64,000 bases of DNA from Clostridia bacterium (lineage in GTDB: Bacteria; Bacillota; Clostridia; Oscillospirales; CAG-272): contig JAFVYZ010000045.1 of assembly GCA_017508425.1 (NCBI GenBank), positions 5,220 through 69,219 on the forward strand, given 5' to 3'. Shown here in pieces: positions 19,237 to 29,687 of the stretch (position 1 is the first letter of the stretch; each line of letters opens with the position of its first letter). The notes under the pieces were generated by a model that saw nothing but the letters and a program-made list of their open reading frames with translations, had not been told where the DNA came from and made no database searches. The position numbers and the translations under genes are program-made.

Positions 19237-22200
19237 GTGTCCTCGTTTGTACATTTGCATTTACACAGTGAATATAGCCTGCTTGACGGGGCCTGCCGTG
19301 TGCGCGATATTGCAAAACGCGCCAAGGAATGCGGTCACAGCGCGGTAGCCCTTACCGACCACGGCGTGATGTACGGTGCGGTCGCATTTTGGCGCGCCTG
19401 TATGGCCGAAGGCATCAAGCCGATCATCGGTTGTGAGGTTTACGTAGCACCGCGCTCTCGCTTTTCAAAGAGCGTACAGGATGCGCACCCCAATCACCTT
19501 GTTTTACTTTGCAAAAACGAGATTGGTTACCAAAACCTGATCGCGCTGGTTTCGCGCGGATTCACCGAGGGCTTTTATTCCAAGCCTCGCGTGGATACCG
19601 AGCTTTTAAGGGAACACGCCGAGGGACTGATCGCGCTTTCGGGCTGCCTTGCCGGCCGTATCCCTCAGCTGCTGCTCGGCGGTGATGTGGAGGGGGCCGA
19701 AAAAACGGCATTTGAATATGCCGATATTTTCGGAAAAGATAATTTTTATATTGAAATTCAAGATCACGGGCTTGCCGAGCAAAAGCAAGTTTTGCCGATG
19801 CTTGCATCTCTTGCTCAAAAATGCTCCTTGCCGCTGGTTGCCACCAATGACTGCCATTATTTGTTACGCTCGGATGCGGAAACGCAGGCGGTATTGATGT
19901 GCATTCAAACCAACAGTCGCCTTGATGACGGTCGCCCTCTCGGCTTTGAGACCGATGAATTTTATTACAAAGATACCGACGAGATGAAAATGCTGCTCGG
20001 TGCTTATGAGGGCGCGATCGAAAACACGGTGAAAATTGCCGAGCAGTGTAATTTTTCCTTTGATTTTTCAAAAAATCATCTGCCGAAATTTCCGTGCCCC
20101 GCGGGGACGAATGCCGTTTCGCATCTTCGCGATCTCAGTGAAAAGGGCCTTTCCCGTCTTATGGCATCGGGCGGCGTTGCGCTCGATCGCTACGGCTCTT
20201 CCGCTTACCGCGAGCGCATGGCGTACGAGCTTTCGGTGATTGAAAAAATGGGCTATGCCGATTATTTCCTTATTGTACAGGATTACGTGAATTTTGCCAA
20301 ATCAAGATCCATTCCCGTTGGTCCCGGACGTGGCTCCGGAGCCGGAAGCTTGGTGGCCTATTGTCTTGGTATTACCGACGTGGATCCGCTGCGCTTTGAT
20401 TTGCTTTTCGAGCGTTTTCTCAATCCCGAGCGTGTCAGCATGCCCGATATTGACGTTGATTTTTGCTACAATCGACGCGATGAGGTCATCGATTATGTGA
20501 CAAGACGATACGGGCGAGAGCACGTTTCTCAAATCATTACCTTTGGTACTCTTGCCGCACGCGCGGCTGTGCGCGACGTCGGCAGGGCGTTGGGGCTCCC
20601 GTATGCCGACGTTGATGCTGTGGCCAAGGCCATTCCGCGCGAGCTCGGCATTACCATTGCCGACGCGCTCAAAAAACAACCGCTTGCCGCGCTTTATGAG
20701 AGCAAGCGAGAAATCAAAAAGCTGATCGACCTTGCAATGGCCTTGGAGGGGATGCCTCGAAACGCCTCGATCCACGCGGCCGGCATTGTGATCACCGAAA
20801 AGCCGATCTCCACGTATTTGCCATTGGCAACTCCTACGGGTGCGTTGGTAACCCAGTACGATATGGATACCGTAGCGGCTCTGGGACTTCTTAAATTTGA
20901 CTTTTTGGGTCTTCGTTATTTAACGATCATTGAGGATGCCGTAAGATCCATACGCCGAGAGGATCCCGATTTTGACATCAAGAGCATCCCACTTGACGAT
21001 GCTGCTACCTATCGACTGATCTCGCGCGGTGCAACGTCGGGGATCTTTCAATTGGAGTCGGGCGGTATGCGGCAAATGCTGGCCAACCTCGCTCCAAACT
21101 GCTTCGAGGATATTGTGGCGGCGATCGCACTTTATCGCCCCGGCCCCATGGATTCGATTCCCGAATTCATTAAAAATCATCACGATCCCGAACGGGTCAC
21201 GTACAGCATTCCTCAGCTTGAACCCATTTTACGCTCCACTTATGGATGCGTGGTGTACCAAGAGCAGGTCATGCAAATTTTCCGCGAGCTGGCCGGGTAC
21301 AGCTTTGGTCACGCTGATATTGTACGCCGTGCAATGTCTAAGAAAAAGGCCTCGGTGATGGAGGCGGAGCGCGGTTCTTTTCTCGAGGGATGTGCGAAAA
21401 ACGGCATCTCCAAGGTGTTGGCCGGCGAGCTCTTTGACAAGCTCTCGGATTTCGCCAATTACGCCTTCAACAAAAGCCACGCGGCGGCATACGCTATGAT
21501 CTCCTATCAAACCGCATATTTGAAGGAGCACGCGCCCAAAGCTTATTTTGCGGCGTTGCTTACCTCGGAGCTGGGGAATATGCCCAAAATCGCTGCGTAT
21601 ATTGCCGAGGTTGGCCGCCGCGGTGTGCGCGTCCTGCCGCCCGACATCAATGCTTCGGAGATCGATTTCAGCGTTTCGGGCGAGCATATTCGATTTGGGC
21701 TTTTGGCTTTGAAAAACGTCGGCAAGCAATTCCTTGAAATGGTCGTGGAGGAGCGAAAGCTCGCCGGTCCTTACCGTTCCTTTGACGATTTTCTTGACCG
21801 AATGGCCGCACATGACCTGAACAAGCGCCAAATCGAAGCCCTTATAAAATCAGGGGCGTTTGATTCGCTCGGCATATACCGAAGCCGCTTGCTTGCGGTT
21901 TATGAGCAAATGATCGATCAATTCCAAAGTAAGAACCGTACCAACCTCACAGGACAGATCGATATGTTTTCTACCGATCTCGGCATGGCACCGACCGTTT
22001 CTTACCCCGACCTGCCCGAGCTTGAGCTGCGACAGCTGTTGGCCGCCGAAAAGGAGGCCGCCGGTATGTATTTTTCAGGACACGTGTTGGATGGATTTTC
22101 CGAGGCACTTTCCGATCCGCGGTATCAGTCGATTGAAACGCTTTTGGAGGAAAATGAAGAGGGAGATACGCTTGTTGATCGTCAAAACGTAACGGTAGCG

Positions 22201-22692
22201 GGTATCATTACCGCCCTCACCACCAAATCGACCAAAACGGGCGATCCAATGGCCTTCTTTACGGTGGAGGACCGTATGGGCGAGATCGAGTGTATCGCTT
22301 TCCCGAAGATCCGCGAAAAATTCATCGATGTGATCCTGTCGGATAACGTTGTCGCGATTGACGGGCAAATCTCGCTTCGTGAGGATGAAAATCCCAAGAT
22401 CATTGTGTCACGTATGACCGAGCTTCCCGCGAATGGCGCGAAGGGTGCCGATGCGACGGGCGGCAGGCTGTCAAGCGCAAGGATCCTTTATTTGCGCGTG
22501 CCGTCCTTGGCGGACCCTCTTTGCCAAAAGGTGCGAGACCTGCTTTCGCGTTTTTCGGGCACGCTTCCCGTATCTGTTTTTGACGCCTCGACCAAAACCT
22601 ACCACAAGCAACAAACCGGTATTTTGCCGAGTGAAAAGGCGTTTGACGCGCTTTGTGCCTTGCTTGGAAGTGAAAACGTGGTGCCAAAATAA
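19237..22692 (+). CDS. dnaE: DNA polymerase III alpha subunit
   Basis: HLHLHSEYSLLDG PHP domain, GRGSGAGS, MPDIDVDF, YAFNKSHA, OB fold. Confidence 0.97.
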   Translation: MSSFVHLHLHSEYSLLDGACRVRDIAKRAKECGHSAVALTDHGVMYGAVAFWRACMAEGIKPIIGCEVYVAPRSRFSKSVQDAHPNHLVLLCKNEIGYQNLIALVSRGFTEGFYSKPRVDTELLREHAEGLIALSGCLAGRIPQLLLGGDVEGAEKTAFEYADIFGKDNFYIEIQDHGLAEQKQVLPMLASLAQKCSLPLVATNDCHYLLRSDAETQAVLMCIQTNSRLDDGRPLGFETDEFYYKDTDEMKMLLGAYEGAIENTVKIAEQCNFSFDFSKNHLPKFPCPAGTNAVSHLRDLSEKGLSRLMASGGVALDRYGSSAYRERMAYELSVIEKMGYADYFLIVQDYVNFAKSRSIPVGPGRGSGAGSLVAYCLGITDVDPLRFDLLFERFLNPERVSMPDIDVDFCYNRRDEVIDYVTRRYGREHVSQIITFGTLAARAAVRDVGRALGLPYADVDAVAKAIPRELGITIADALKKQPLAALYESKREIKKLIDLAMALEGMPRNASIHAAGIVITEKPISTYLPLATPTGALVTQYDMDTVAALGLLKFDFLGLRYLTIIEDAVRSIRREDPDFDIKSIPLDDAATYRLISRGATSGIFQLESGGMRQMLANLAPNCFEDIVAAIALYRPGPMDSIPEFIKNHHDPERVTYSIPQLEPILRSTYGCVVYQEQVMQIFRELAGYSFGHADIVRRAMSKKKASVMEAERGSFLEGCAKNGISKVLAGELFDKLSDFANYAFNKSHAAAYAMISYQTAYLKEHAPKAYFAALLTSELGNMPKIAAYIAEVGRRGVRVLPPDINASEIDFSVSGEHIRFGLLALKNVGKQFLEMVVEERKLAGPYRSFDDFLDRMAAHDLNKRQIEALIKSGAFDSLGIYRSRLLAVYEQMIDQFQSKNRTNLTGQIDMFSTDLGMAPTVSYPDLPELELRQLLAAEKEAAGMYFSGHVLDGFSEALSDPRYQSIETLLEENEEGDTLVDRQNVTVAGIITALTTKSTKTGDPMAFFTVEDRMGEIECIAFPKIREKFIDVILSDNVVAIDGQISLREDENPKIIVSRMTELPANGAKGADATGGRLSSARILYLRVPSLADPLCQKVRDLLSRFSGTLPVSVFDASTKTYHKQQTGILPSEKAFDALCALLGSENVVPK

Positions 22693-22729
22693 CAAAATTC
22701 GCGTTTGTTACCATATTGATTCAGTATGG

Positions 22730-22777
22730 ATCACCCCCATTTTGCCGCACACTATCGGCGAGTGGGGGTGATTTTTT
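22730..22777 (+). terminator. Hairpin plus U-tract after dnaE that also covers the PBP RBS
   Basis: ATCACCCCCATTTTGCCG-loop-CGGCGAGTGGGGGTGAT followed by a T run. Confidence 0.65.
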
Positions 22778-25157
22778 GCATTACAAAAAAATAGGAAATA
22801 AAGCGGCAAGCGTCTTTTTGTCTTTGACCCTTGCAATTCTTGCTTCGCTTTCGGTCTTGGTAGCCGGCTTTGGAATATGGGCTTGTACGGTTCCCGACGG
22901 TGAGCTGAAGGAGGAATTGTTCGCCATCGGCGTTGCCGATCGCACCACGCGACTTTTCGTGTACGATGCAAGCGGCAATGAGAAGGAGCTTGCGGGAGAC
23001 CGCGTCAGCGGCTTTGAAAATTCACTTTACTGTTCGGTAAATAATATGTCTCCCTACCTAAAAAACGCTTTTATTGCCATTGAGGACAAGCGATTTTATG
23101 ATCACGGCGGCATTGATTGGGCAAGGACGTTGGCGGCCGCAAAGGGCTATGTTTCGGGGCAAAATGACGGAGCCTTTGGCGGTTCTACAATTACGCAACA
23201 GCTGATTAAAAATCTTACGGGCGAAAGTGAGAAAACGCTCTCCCGAAAGGTGAGTGAGCTGATCCGTGCGGCCAAGGTGGAGCGAAAATTATCCAAAAAC
23301 GCCATCCTTGAGCAATATTTGAACGTGGTAAATTTGGCCGAAAACTGTTACGGTGTTAAAACCGCCGCCAATGCTTATTTTTCAAAGGAGCCGAGCGAAT
23401 TATCCCTGGCGGAATCGGCCACCATTGCGGCCATTACCAACAATCCCACAAAATACAATCCCATCCGTCATCCCGAGCAAAACAAAAAGCGCCGCGACGT
23501 GATCCTTTTGGAAATGCTCGCTCAAAAAATGATTAGTGAGGAGGAATACCGAGAGGCGATTTCGACCGGCATTGAATTGAAGGTGAATAAGGATGCCATG
23601 ACGGGACGTGTAAATTCCTGGTATGCCGATCTTGCCATTTCCGACGTGATAAAGGATCTTGTGAAGGAAAAGGGATATACCGAGGCGGCTGCCGGGCGGC
23701 TTGTTTATTGCGGCGGTCTTAAGATCTACGTGGCGATGAATGAGGAGCTGCAAAAAATCGTGAGTGAATATTACGAGAATACAAGTCATTTTCCCGTTCA
23801 TCAAGGAGGGGAGCAGGCACAAAGCTCGCTGATGATCATAGACCCCAAAAACGGAGATATTTTGGCCATTGCAGGTGCTGTTGGCAAAAAGGCCTTCAAT
23901 CGCGTTCAAAATTTTGCCACCGATACCAAGCGCCCGTCGGGCTCAGTGATCAAGCCGCTGTCGGTCTATGCGCCGGCAATTGAAAAAAATATCATCACGT
24001 ATGGCACGGTCTTTGATGATGTTCCGCTTCTTTTTCGGCAAAACGGTGCGCCTTGGCCTAAAAATTCTCCGGACATCTATCGAGGGCTGACGACCGTAAG
24101 CACGGCCTTAACGCATTCTGTTAATACCGTTTCGGTTTCAATATTGCGACGTCTCGGGGCGAAGGAATCGTACCGATTTTTAAAGGAAAGATTAGGATTT
24201 ACAAGCCTTTCGGGAGAAAAAGATCTTGGTGCGGCGGCCTTAGCACTCGGACAGCAGCATCAGGGTGTTTCACTTCGAGAATTGCTGGGCGGTTACACGG
24301 CCTTGGCCAACGAGGGTGTGTTTGAGGGAACAAGAAGCTATTATAAGGTCCTTGACAGTAAGGGGGAATTGCTTCTTTCAAAGGAAAGTGAGGAGCGGCG
24401 TGTTCTTTCGGCCGATACGGCATATATTACCACCATGATGCTACGCCGTGCCGTGCGGGAGGGGACCGGTAAAGCGATCACTCTCAAAGAAAGGGTCGAT
24501 GTGGCGGGCAAAACGGGAACAAGCAGCAACAATTGCGACAAATGGTTTATCGGCTATACTCCCACGCTCCTTTGCGGTGTCTGGTACGGTTATGAATACC
24601 CGAAGTCGGTGGCGGACGTTTCCGGAAATCACGCATTGAAGATTTTTGATGACATTATGACGTGTGCTGCCGAGAAAGGCGCTATGCAAAATGAGAGCTT
24701 TCATACGCCCGAAAACGTCGTTGCGGTACGGTACTGCAAAGACTCGGGGCAGCCGCTCGGTGAGGCTTGCTCCTTTGATCCGCGAGGCGATCGCTCCGAG
24801 ATCGGTTATTTCAAAAAGGGGACGGAGCCCCGGGGAGAATGCCGCTGCCACGTGCTGATCGACTACTGTGACCAAGGTGGTGTCGCAACCGACGTGTGCC
24901 CCGAAGAAGGAACTCATAAAATCGCACTTTTACGAGTCTTGAGAACCTTTCCGCGCCAGATCAAGGTGCTCGATGCACCGTATTCTTATGGAGGAATATT
25001 TGTCAAAAAGGGACGGGAATTATCAAATAATGAGCCGTATTATGCGAATAAATACGAAACAAAGCAAAATTTCGGCATCGGAATGGGCGTAATACCGTAC
25101 AATCACGCATGCAATATTCATGGGGGAGATGATTTTTGGCGACGGCGCGCAGGATGA
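22776..25157 (+). CDS. Class A penicillin-binding protein (transglycosylase/transpeptidase)
   Basis: EDKRFYDHGG, GGSTITQQL, RK..E, SVIK (SxxK), SVN, KTG; TTG start after GGGGGTG. Confidence 0.92.
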   Translation: MHYKKIGNKAASVFLSLTLAILASLSVLVAGFGIWACTVPDGELKEELFAIGVADRTTRLFVYDASGNEKELAGDRVSGFENSLYCSVNNMSPYLKNAFIAIEDKRFYDHGGIDWARTLAAAKGYVSGQNDGAFGGSTITQQLIKNLTGESEKTLSRKVSELIRAAKVERKLSKNAILEQYLNVVNLAENCYGVKTAANAYFSKEPSELSLAESATIAAITNNPTKYNPIRHPEQNKKRRDVILLEMLAQKMISEEEYREAISTGIELKVNKDAMTGRVNSWYADLAISDVIKDLVKEKGYTEAAAGRLVYCGGLKIYVAMNEELQKIVSEYYENTSHFPVHQGGEQAQSSLMIIDPKNGDILAIAGAVGKKAFNRVQNFATDTKRPSGSVIKPLSVYAPAIEKNIITYGTVFDDVPLLFRQNGAPWPKNSPDIYRGLTTVSTALTHSVNTVSVSILRRLGAKESYRFLKERLGFTSLSGEKDLGAAALALGQQHQGVSLRELLGGYTALANEGVFEGTRSYYKVLDSKGELLLSKESEERRVLSADTAYITTMMLRRAVREGTGKAITLKERVDVAGKTGTSSNNCDKWFIGYTPTLLCGVWYGYEYPKSVADVSGNHALKIFDDIMTCAAEKGAMQNESFHTPENVVAVRYCKDSGQPLGEACSFDPRGDRSEIGYFKKGTEPRGECRCHVLIDYCDQGGVATDVCPEEGTHKIALLRVLRTFPRQIKVLDAPYSYGGIFVKKGRELSNNEPYYANKYETKQNFGIGMGVIPYNHACNIHGGDDFWRRRAG

Positions 25158-25170
25158 AAAATTGAGTCCC

Positions 25171-25208
25171 AAAAAAGAGGGATCGCGGTAAAGCGATCCC
25201 TCTTTTTT
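25171..25208. terminator. Bidirectional intrinsic terminator
   Basis: AAAAAAGAGGGATCGC-GGTAAA-GCGATCCCTCTTTTTT. Confidence 0.9.
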
Positions 25209-26263
25209 TATTGGATTTTTCCGCCACCGACGACGATATCCCCATCGTAAAGGACAAGAGATTGCCCGGGTGACACGGCGCGCTGCGGCTCGTCAAATTC
25301 TACGATCATTTCATCCTTACCCGTTTGCTCTACACGTGCCGGTGCCGCCTCTTGACGGTAACGTGCCTTTGCAAGCAATTTCAGGGGTGACGTTACGCTG
25401 TCGAAGGGAATAAAGTTGAGATTGGTAATGGTTAACCGTCTTGTGAAAAGATTCTCATTTTCACCAAGGGTCACGGTGTTGTCGTGTGCGGATTTGGATA
25501 CCACAAATGCAGGCTTGCCCAGTGCAATGCCAAGACCCTTGCGCTGGCCTATGGTGTAATGGATAATGCCGCGGTGCTCTCCCAACACTCGACCGTCCGG
25601 AGAAAGAAATGCACCCGGCTTCGGCACAACTGCGCCAAAATCCTCAATGAACTTGGCATAATCACCATCGGGGATAAAGCAAATGTCCTGACTTTCGCGT
25701 CGGCTTGCCGCCTCAAATCCGTTTTTTGCCGCAAGCTCCCTTACCTCACACTTGCTCATGGTTCCTAAGGGGAATTCTACCGAAGAAAGCATTTCCTGCG
25801 TGAGCGTATAAAGCACGTAAGATTGGTCTTTGGCGGTATCCTTGGCGCGGCGCAGCAAAAAACGCCCGTTAGCATCCCTTTCAACTTGGGCGTAGTGTCC
25901 TGTGGCAATGCGGTCGTAACCGTGCTCCTTGGCAAAATGCAAAAGGGCCCCGAATTTGATCTCTTTATTGCAGTCGATGCAAGGATTCGGCGTTTTTCCG
26001 TCCAAATAGGCTTTTATAAATGCTTTTACAACCTTTTCCTTGAACGAGTCGCTCAAATTGGCAACAAAATGGGGGATCCCCAGCATACCACAGGTTTTTT
26101 TGGCATCCTCAATATCTTTTATCGCGGCCTCGGCGTGCTTGCCGGGGGTAAAGGAAAGCTGCATGGTAACGCCCGCAGCCTCACGTCCTCTTCCGGCCAG
26201 TAAGGCCGAAACGGCACTGTCAACGCCCCCGCTCATAGCGATCATTATTTTTTCATTCATCAT
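25208..26263 (-). CDS. mnmA: tRNA 2-thiouridylase
   Basis: AMSGGVDS, TPNPCIDCN, ATGHYA, KDQSY, ESQDICF, TIGQRKGL, PGQ. Confidence 0.96.
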   Translation of the reverse strand: MMNEKIMIAMSGGVDSAVSALLAGRGREAAGVTMQLSFTPGKHAEAAIKDIEDAKKTCGMLGIPHFVANLSDSFKEKVVKAFIKAYLDGKTPNPCIDCNKEIKFGALLHFAKEHGYDRIATGHYAQVERDANGRFLLRRAKDTAKDQSYVLYTLTQEMLSSVEFPLGTMSKCEVRELAAKNGFEAASRRESQDICFIPDGDYAKFIEDFGAVVPKPGAFLSPDGRVLGEHRGIIHYTIGQRKGLGIALGKPAFVVSKSAHDNTVTLGENENLFTRRLTITNLNFIPFDSVTSPLKLLAKARYRQEAAPARVEQTGKDEMIVEFDEPQRAVSPGQSLVLYDGDIVVGGGKIQ

Positions 26264-26766
26264 TTTGCATTCCAATCGTATTTGGTGAGGTGGCCGATTT
26301 CGCAAAGACCCTCAAAGTCTCGTTGACGGAAGATCTCATAAACCGCGATCGCCACCGAATTGGAAAGATTAAGACTGCGCAGCTTGTCGCGCATGGGGAT
26401 ACGTACCGCCGTTTCGGGATGTGCAAAGAGCAGATCCTCGGGCAAGCCCGCGCTCTCCTTGCCAAACATCAAAAAGACCTCATCAGGATAGAAAACGTCG
26501 GCATAGGTATTTTGTGCCTTGGTGGTAAAAAAGTAAATGGGCTTATCGCCGTGCTTGCTCAAAAAATCGGCAAGACCGTCATAATAGGTGATATCAAGCT
26601 TGTCCCAGTAATCAAGCCCGGCACGCTTTAATTTTTTATCATCAATGGCAAATCCGAGGGGCTTTATCAGGTGCAAGGATGCCCCTGTGGCCGCGCAGGT
26701 CCGTGCCACGTTGCCTGTATTTTGCGGGATCTCGGGTTCAAATAAAACGATATGAACGTGTGGCAT
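26260..26766 (-). CDS. trmL: tRNA (cytidine(34)-2'-O)-methyltransferase
   Basis: PEIPQNTGN, KRAGLDYW, FGKESAGL, RSLNLSN. Confidence 0.95.
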   Translation of the reverse strand: MPHVHIVLFEPEIPQNTGNVARTCAATGASLHLIKPLGFAIDDKKLKRAGLDYWDKLDITYYDGLADFLSKHGDKPIYFFTTKAQNTYADVFYPDEVFLMFGKESAGLPEDLLFAHPETAVRIPMRDKLRSLNLSNSVAIAVYEIFRQRDFEGLCEIGHLTKYDWNAK

Positions 26767-26922
26767 AAAAAACTCCTTTGCCCATGTACTGCTCCTATTA
26801 TAACTGATTTTTCGCCGTCTTGCAAGCACTCAAAAATAATTTGCAATTTTTTTGTTTTTGCTATGGAAATTCGACTTAATATGTAGTATAATAATTATAG
26901 TTTTATATCCAGGGAGGAAACT

Positions 26923-29664
26923 ATGGGACTTTTTCGAAAGATCTTCGGTTCATACAGCGACCGACAAATCAAAAAGCTGCGTCATATTGCAGACCTGATC
27001 GAGTCGCTTTCCGATAAATACAAAGCAATGACCAACGAGGAGCTGGCAAACGTAACGCCGACGCTCAAGGCGCGCCTCGCGGCAGGAGAAACGCTTGACG
27101 ATATTCTCCCCGATGCCTTTGCGGCTGTGCGTGAGGCCGATGCAAGAGTTCTTGGCAAGCGCCCCTTTTATGTACAGTTGCTTGGCGGTATCATTTTACA
27201 TCAAGGCCGAATTGCCGAAATGAAGACGGGTGAGGGTAAGACCTTGGTCGCCACGATGCCCGCATACCTGAACGCCCTCTCGGGCCGCGGCGTTCACGTG
27301 GTGACGGTCAACGATTATCTTGCGCGCCGCGACAGTGAGGAAATGGGCCGTGTGTATGCGTTCATGGGCCTTTCTACCGGTCTTGTGGTTCACGGCATTT
27401 CGCCTGATGAGAAAAAAGCCGCTTATGAGGCGGACATTACGTACGGCACCAACAACGAGTTTGGTTTTGATTACCTGCGCGACAACATGGTGGTTTACAA
27501 AAAGGATATGGTCCAGCGCGGCCACGCCTTTGCCATCGTCGATGAGGTGGACTCGATCCTCATTGATGAGGCACGCACCCCTCTTATTATTTCGGGTGCC
27601 GGTCAAAAATCCACCGATCTTTACGAGCGCGCCAACACGCTGGTACGTAAAATGACAAAGCTCGTGCGCAAGGAAGTGGATAACAAGGAGGCCACCGATG
27701 ACATCGAGGCCGATTATTTGGTGGATGAAAAGGGAAGAAACGCCATTCTTACGCCACGCGGCGCCAAGCTTGCCGAGGAGTTTTTCGGTCTTGAAAACTT
27801 TGGCGATCCTGCCAATACCGAGATCGCCCATCACGTTAATCAAGCGATTCACGCCTGGGGCGTCATGCGCCGTGACGTGGATTACGTGGTCAACGAAAAC
27901 GGCGTAATGATCGTCGATGCCTTTACAGGCCGCATTATGCCCGGCCGCCGCTACTCCAACGGGTTGCATCAGGCCATCGAGGCCAAAGAAGGGGTGGAGG
28001 TTCAGCGTGAGAACAGGACGCTTGCGACCATTACCTTCCAAAATTACTTCCGCATGTACGATAAGCTCTCTGGCATGACGGGTACCGCCTTGACCGAGGA
28101 AATGGAATTCCGTGAGATCTATGCACTCGATGTAGTCGAGGTCCCTACCAACAAGCCGATGATCCGCATCGACCAAAATGATGCGGTCTATAAAAACATT
28201 AAGGGCAAGACCGATGCGATCGTTCAGCAGATCAAGGCTTGTCACGAAAAGGGACAACCTGTGCTTGTCGGTACCGTGAGCGTTGATAAATCCGAAGAGC
28301 TTTCCGCGCGTTTAAAACGCGAGGGCATTAAGCACAACGTTCTCAATGCCAAGCACCACGAGCGTGAAGCGGAGATCATTGCCCAAGCCGGCAAATTCGG
28401 GGCGGTCACCATTTCCACCAATATGGCAGGACGCGGTACCGACATTATGCTTGGAGGAAATTCCGAATTCCTTGCCAAAAATGAAATGAGAAAGCAGGGC
28501 TTTGGTGAAGAGCTGATCGCCATGGCAACCGGCACCACCGATATTGAGGATGAGGAGGTGCGTGCCGCACGCGAGATTTTCCACGCGCTCAATGCAAAAT
28601 TCAAGGCACAGATCGAGCCGGAGGCGGAGCAGGTGCGTGAGGCGGGAGGCCTTTATATTCTTGGCACTGAGCGTCATGAGAGCCGCCGTATCGACAATCA
28701 GCTGCGCGGCCGTTCGGGCCGTCAGGGCGATCCCGGTGAATCTCGCTTCTTCCTCTCGCTTGAGGATGATTTGATGCGCTTGTTTGGTGCGGACCGCATT
28801 GCGGGTATTGTAGAGCGTCTTGGTCTGCCCGACGATCAGCCCATCAATGCAGGGATCCTGTCGAGCTCGATCGAAAATGCACAAAAGCGCATCGAAGACC
28901 AAAACTTTAAGCGCCGCAAAAACGTGCTCACTTACGATGATGTGATGAATCAACAGCGCAATTTGATCTACAAGCAACGTCTTGAGGTCTTGAACGGAGA
29001 GGATATTTCCGAAACGATCCTTTCCATGATTCGATCAACGATCGAAGAAAACGTCGATCATTTCCTGGGCGACGGCAGTGAAGAGGCTCTTAATTTTGAG
29101 GGACTTGAGGCTGTATATAAATCCTATCTTTTGAAGCCGGGCGAAAGTTTTGAAAAAATCTTCGAGGATATGAAAAAGCCGAGCGATTTGACCGATTTCC
29201 TCGTATCGCGCGCCGAGGCACTGTATGCTGAAAAGGAAAAGCTTTTCGGCACTGAAGTGTTCCGCGAGGTCGAGCGCTCGATTTTGCTCCAGTCGGTCGA
29301 TATGCACTGGATGGAGCACATTGATACCATGGACGACCTGAAGGGTAGCATCGGACTTCAGGCCTACGCACAGCGCGACCCCGTCACCGAATACCGTTTG
29401 CAGGGCGCGGATATGTTTGATACGATGATTGCCGAAATCCGTGACGAAACGGTACGTCGAGTGCTTACGGTGATCCCGAGGCCTCAACCGATCGCACGCG
29501 TTCAAATCGCAAAGCCCTTAAAGGAAAATCTTACGGACGGCGCAACCGACAAAAAGAAAACCATTGTGGTGCGCAAGGCTGAAAAGATCGGAAGAAACGA
29601 TCTTTGCCCGTGCGGCAGCGGCAAAAAATACAAGAAGTGCTGCGGCGCCGGCGGAAAAGAATAA
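26923..29664 (+). CDS. secA: Preprotein translocase ATPase SecA
   Basis: EMKTGEGKT, DEVDSILIDEARTPL, TNMAGRGTDI, C-terminal CPCGSGKKYKKCC. Confidence 0.98.
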   Translation: MGLFRKIFGSYSDRQIKKLRHIADLIESLSDKYKAMTNEELANVTPTLKARLAAGETLDDILPDAFAAVREADARVLGKRPFYVQLLGGIILHQGRIAEMKTGEGKTLVATMPAYLNALSGRGVHVVTVNDYLARRDSEEMGRVYAFMGLSTGLVVHGISPDEKKAAYEADITYGTNNEFGFDYLRDNMVVYKKDMVQRGHAFAIVDEVDSILIDEARTPLIISGAGQKSTDLYERANTLVRKMTKLVRKEVDNKEATDDIEADYLVDEKGRNAILTPRGAKLAEEFFGLENFGDPANTEIAHHVNQAIHAWGVMRRDVDYVVNENGVMIVDAFTGRIMPGRRYSNGLHQAIEAKEGVEVQRENRTLATITFQNYFRMYDKLSGMTGTALTEEMEFREIYALDVVEVPTNKPMIRIDQNDAVYKNIKGKTDAIVQQIKACHEKGQPVLVGTVSVDKSEELSARLKREGIKHNVLNAKHHEREAEIIAQAGKFGAVTISTNMAGRGTDIMLGGNSEFLAKNEMRKQGFGEELIAMATGTTDIEDEEVRAAREIFHALNAKFKAQIEPEAEQVREAGGLYILGTERHESRRIDNQLRGRSGRQGDPGESRFFLSLEDDLMRLFGADRIAGIVERLGLPDDQPINAGILSSSIENAQKRIEDQNFKRRKNVLTYDDVMNQQRNLIYKQRLEVLNGEDISETILSMIRSTIEENVDHFLGDGSEEALNFEGLEAVYKSYLLKPGESFEKIFEDMKKPSDLTDFLVSRAEALYAEKEKLFGTEVFREVERSILLQSVDMHWMEHIDTMDDLKGSIGLQAYAQRDPVTEYRLQGADMFDTMIAEIRDETVRRVLTVIPRPQPIARVQIAKPLKENLTDGATDKKKTIVVRKAEKIGRNDLCPCGSGKKYKKCCGAGGKE

Positions 29665-29687
29665 GACGCAAAGAAAGGAGAAGTAAT

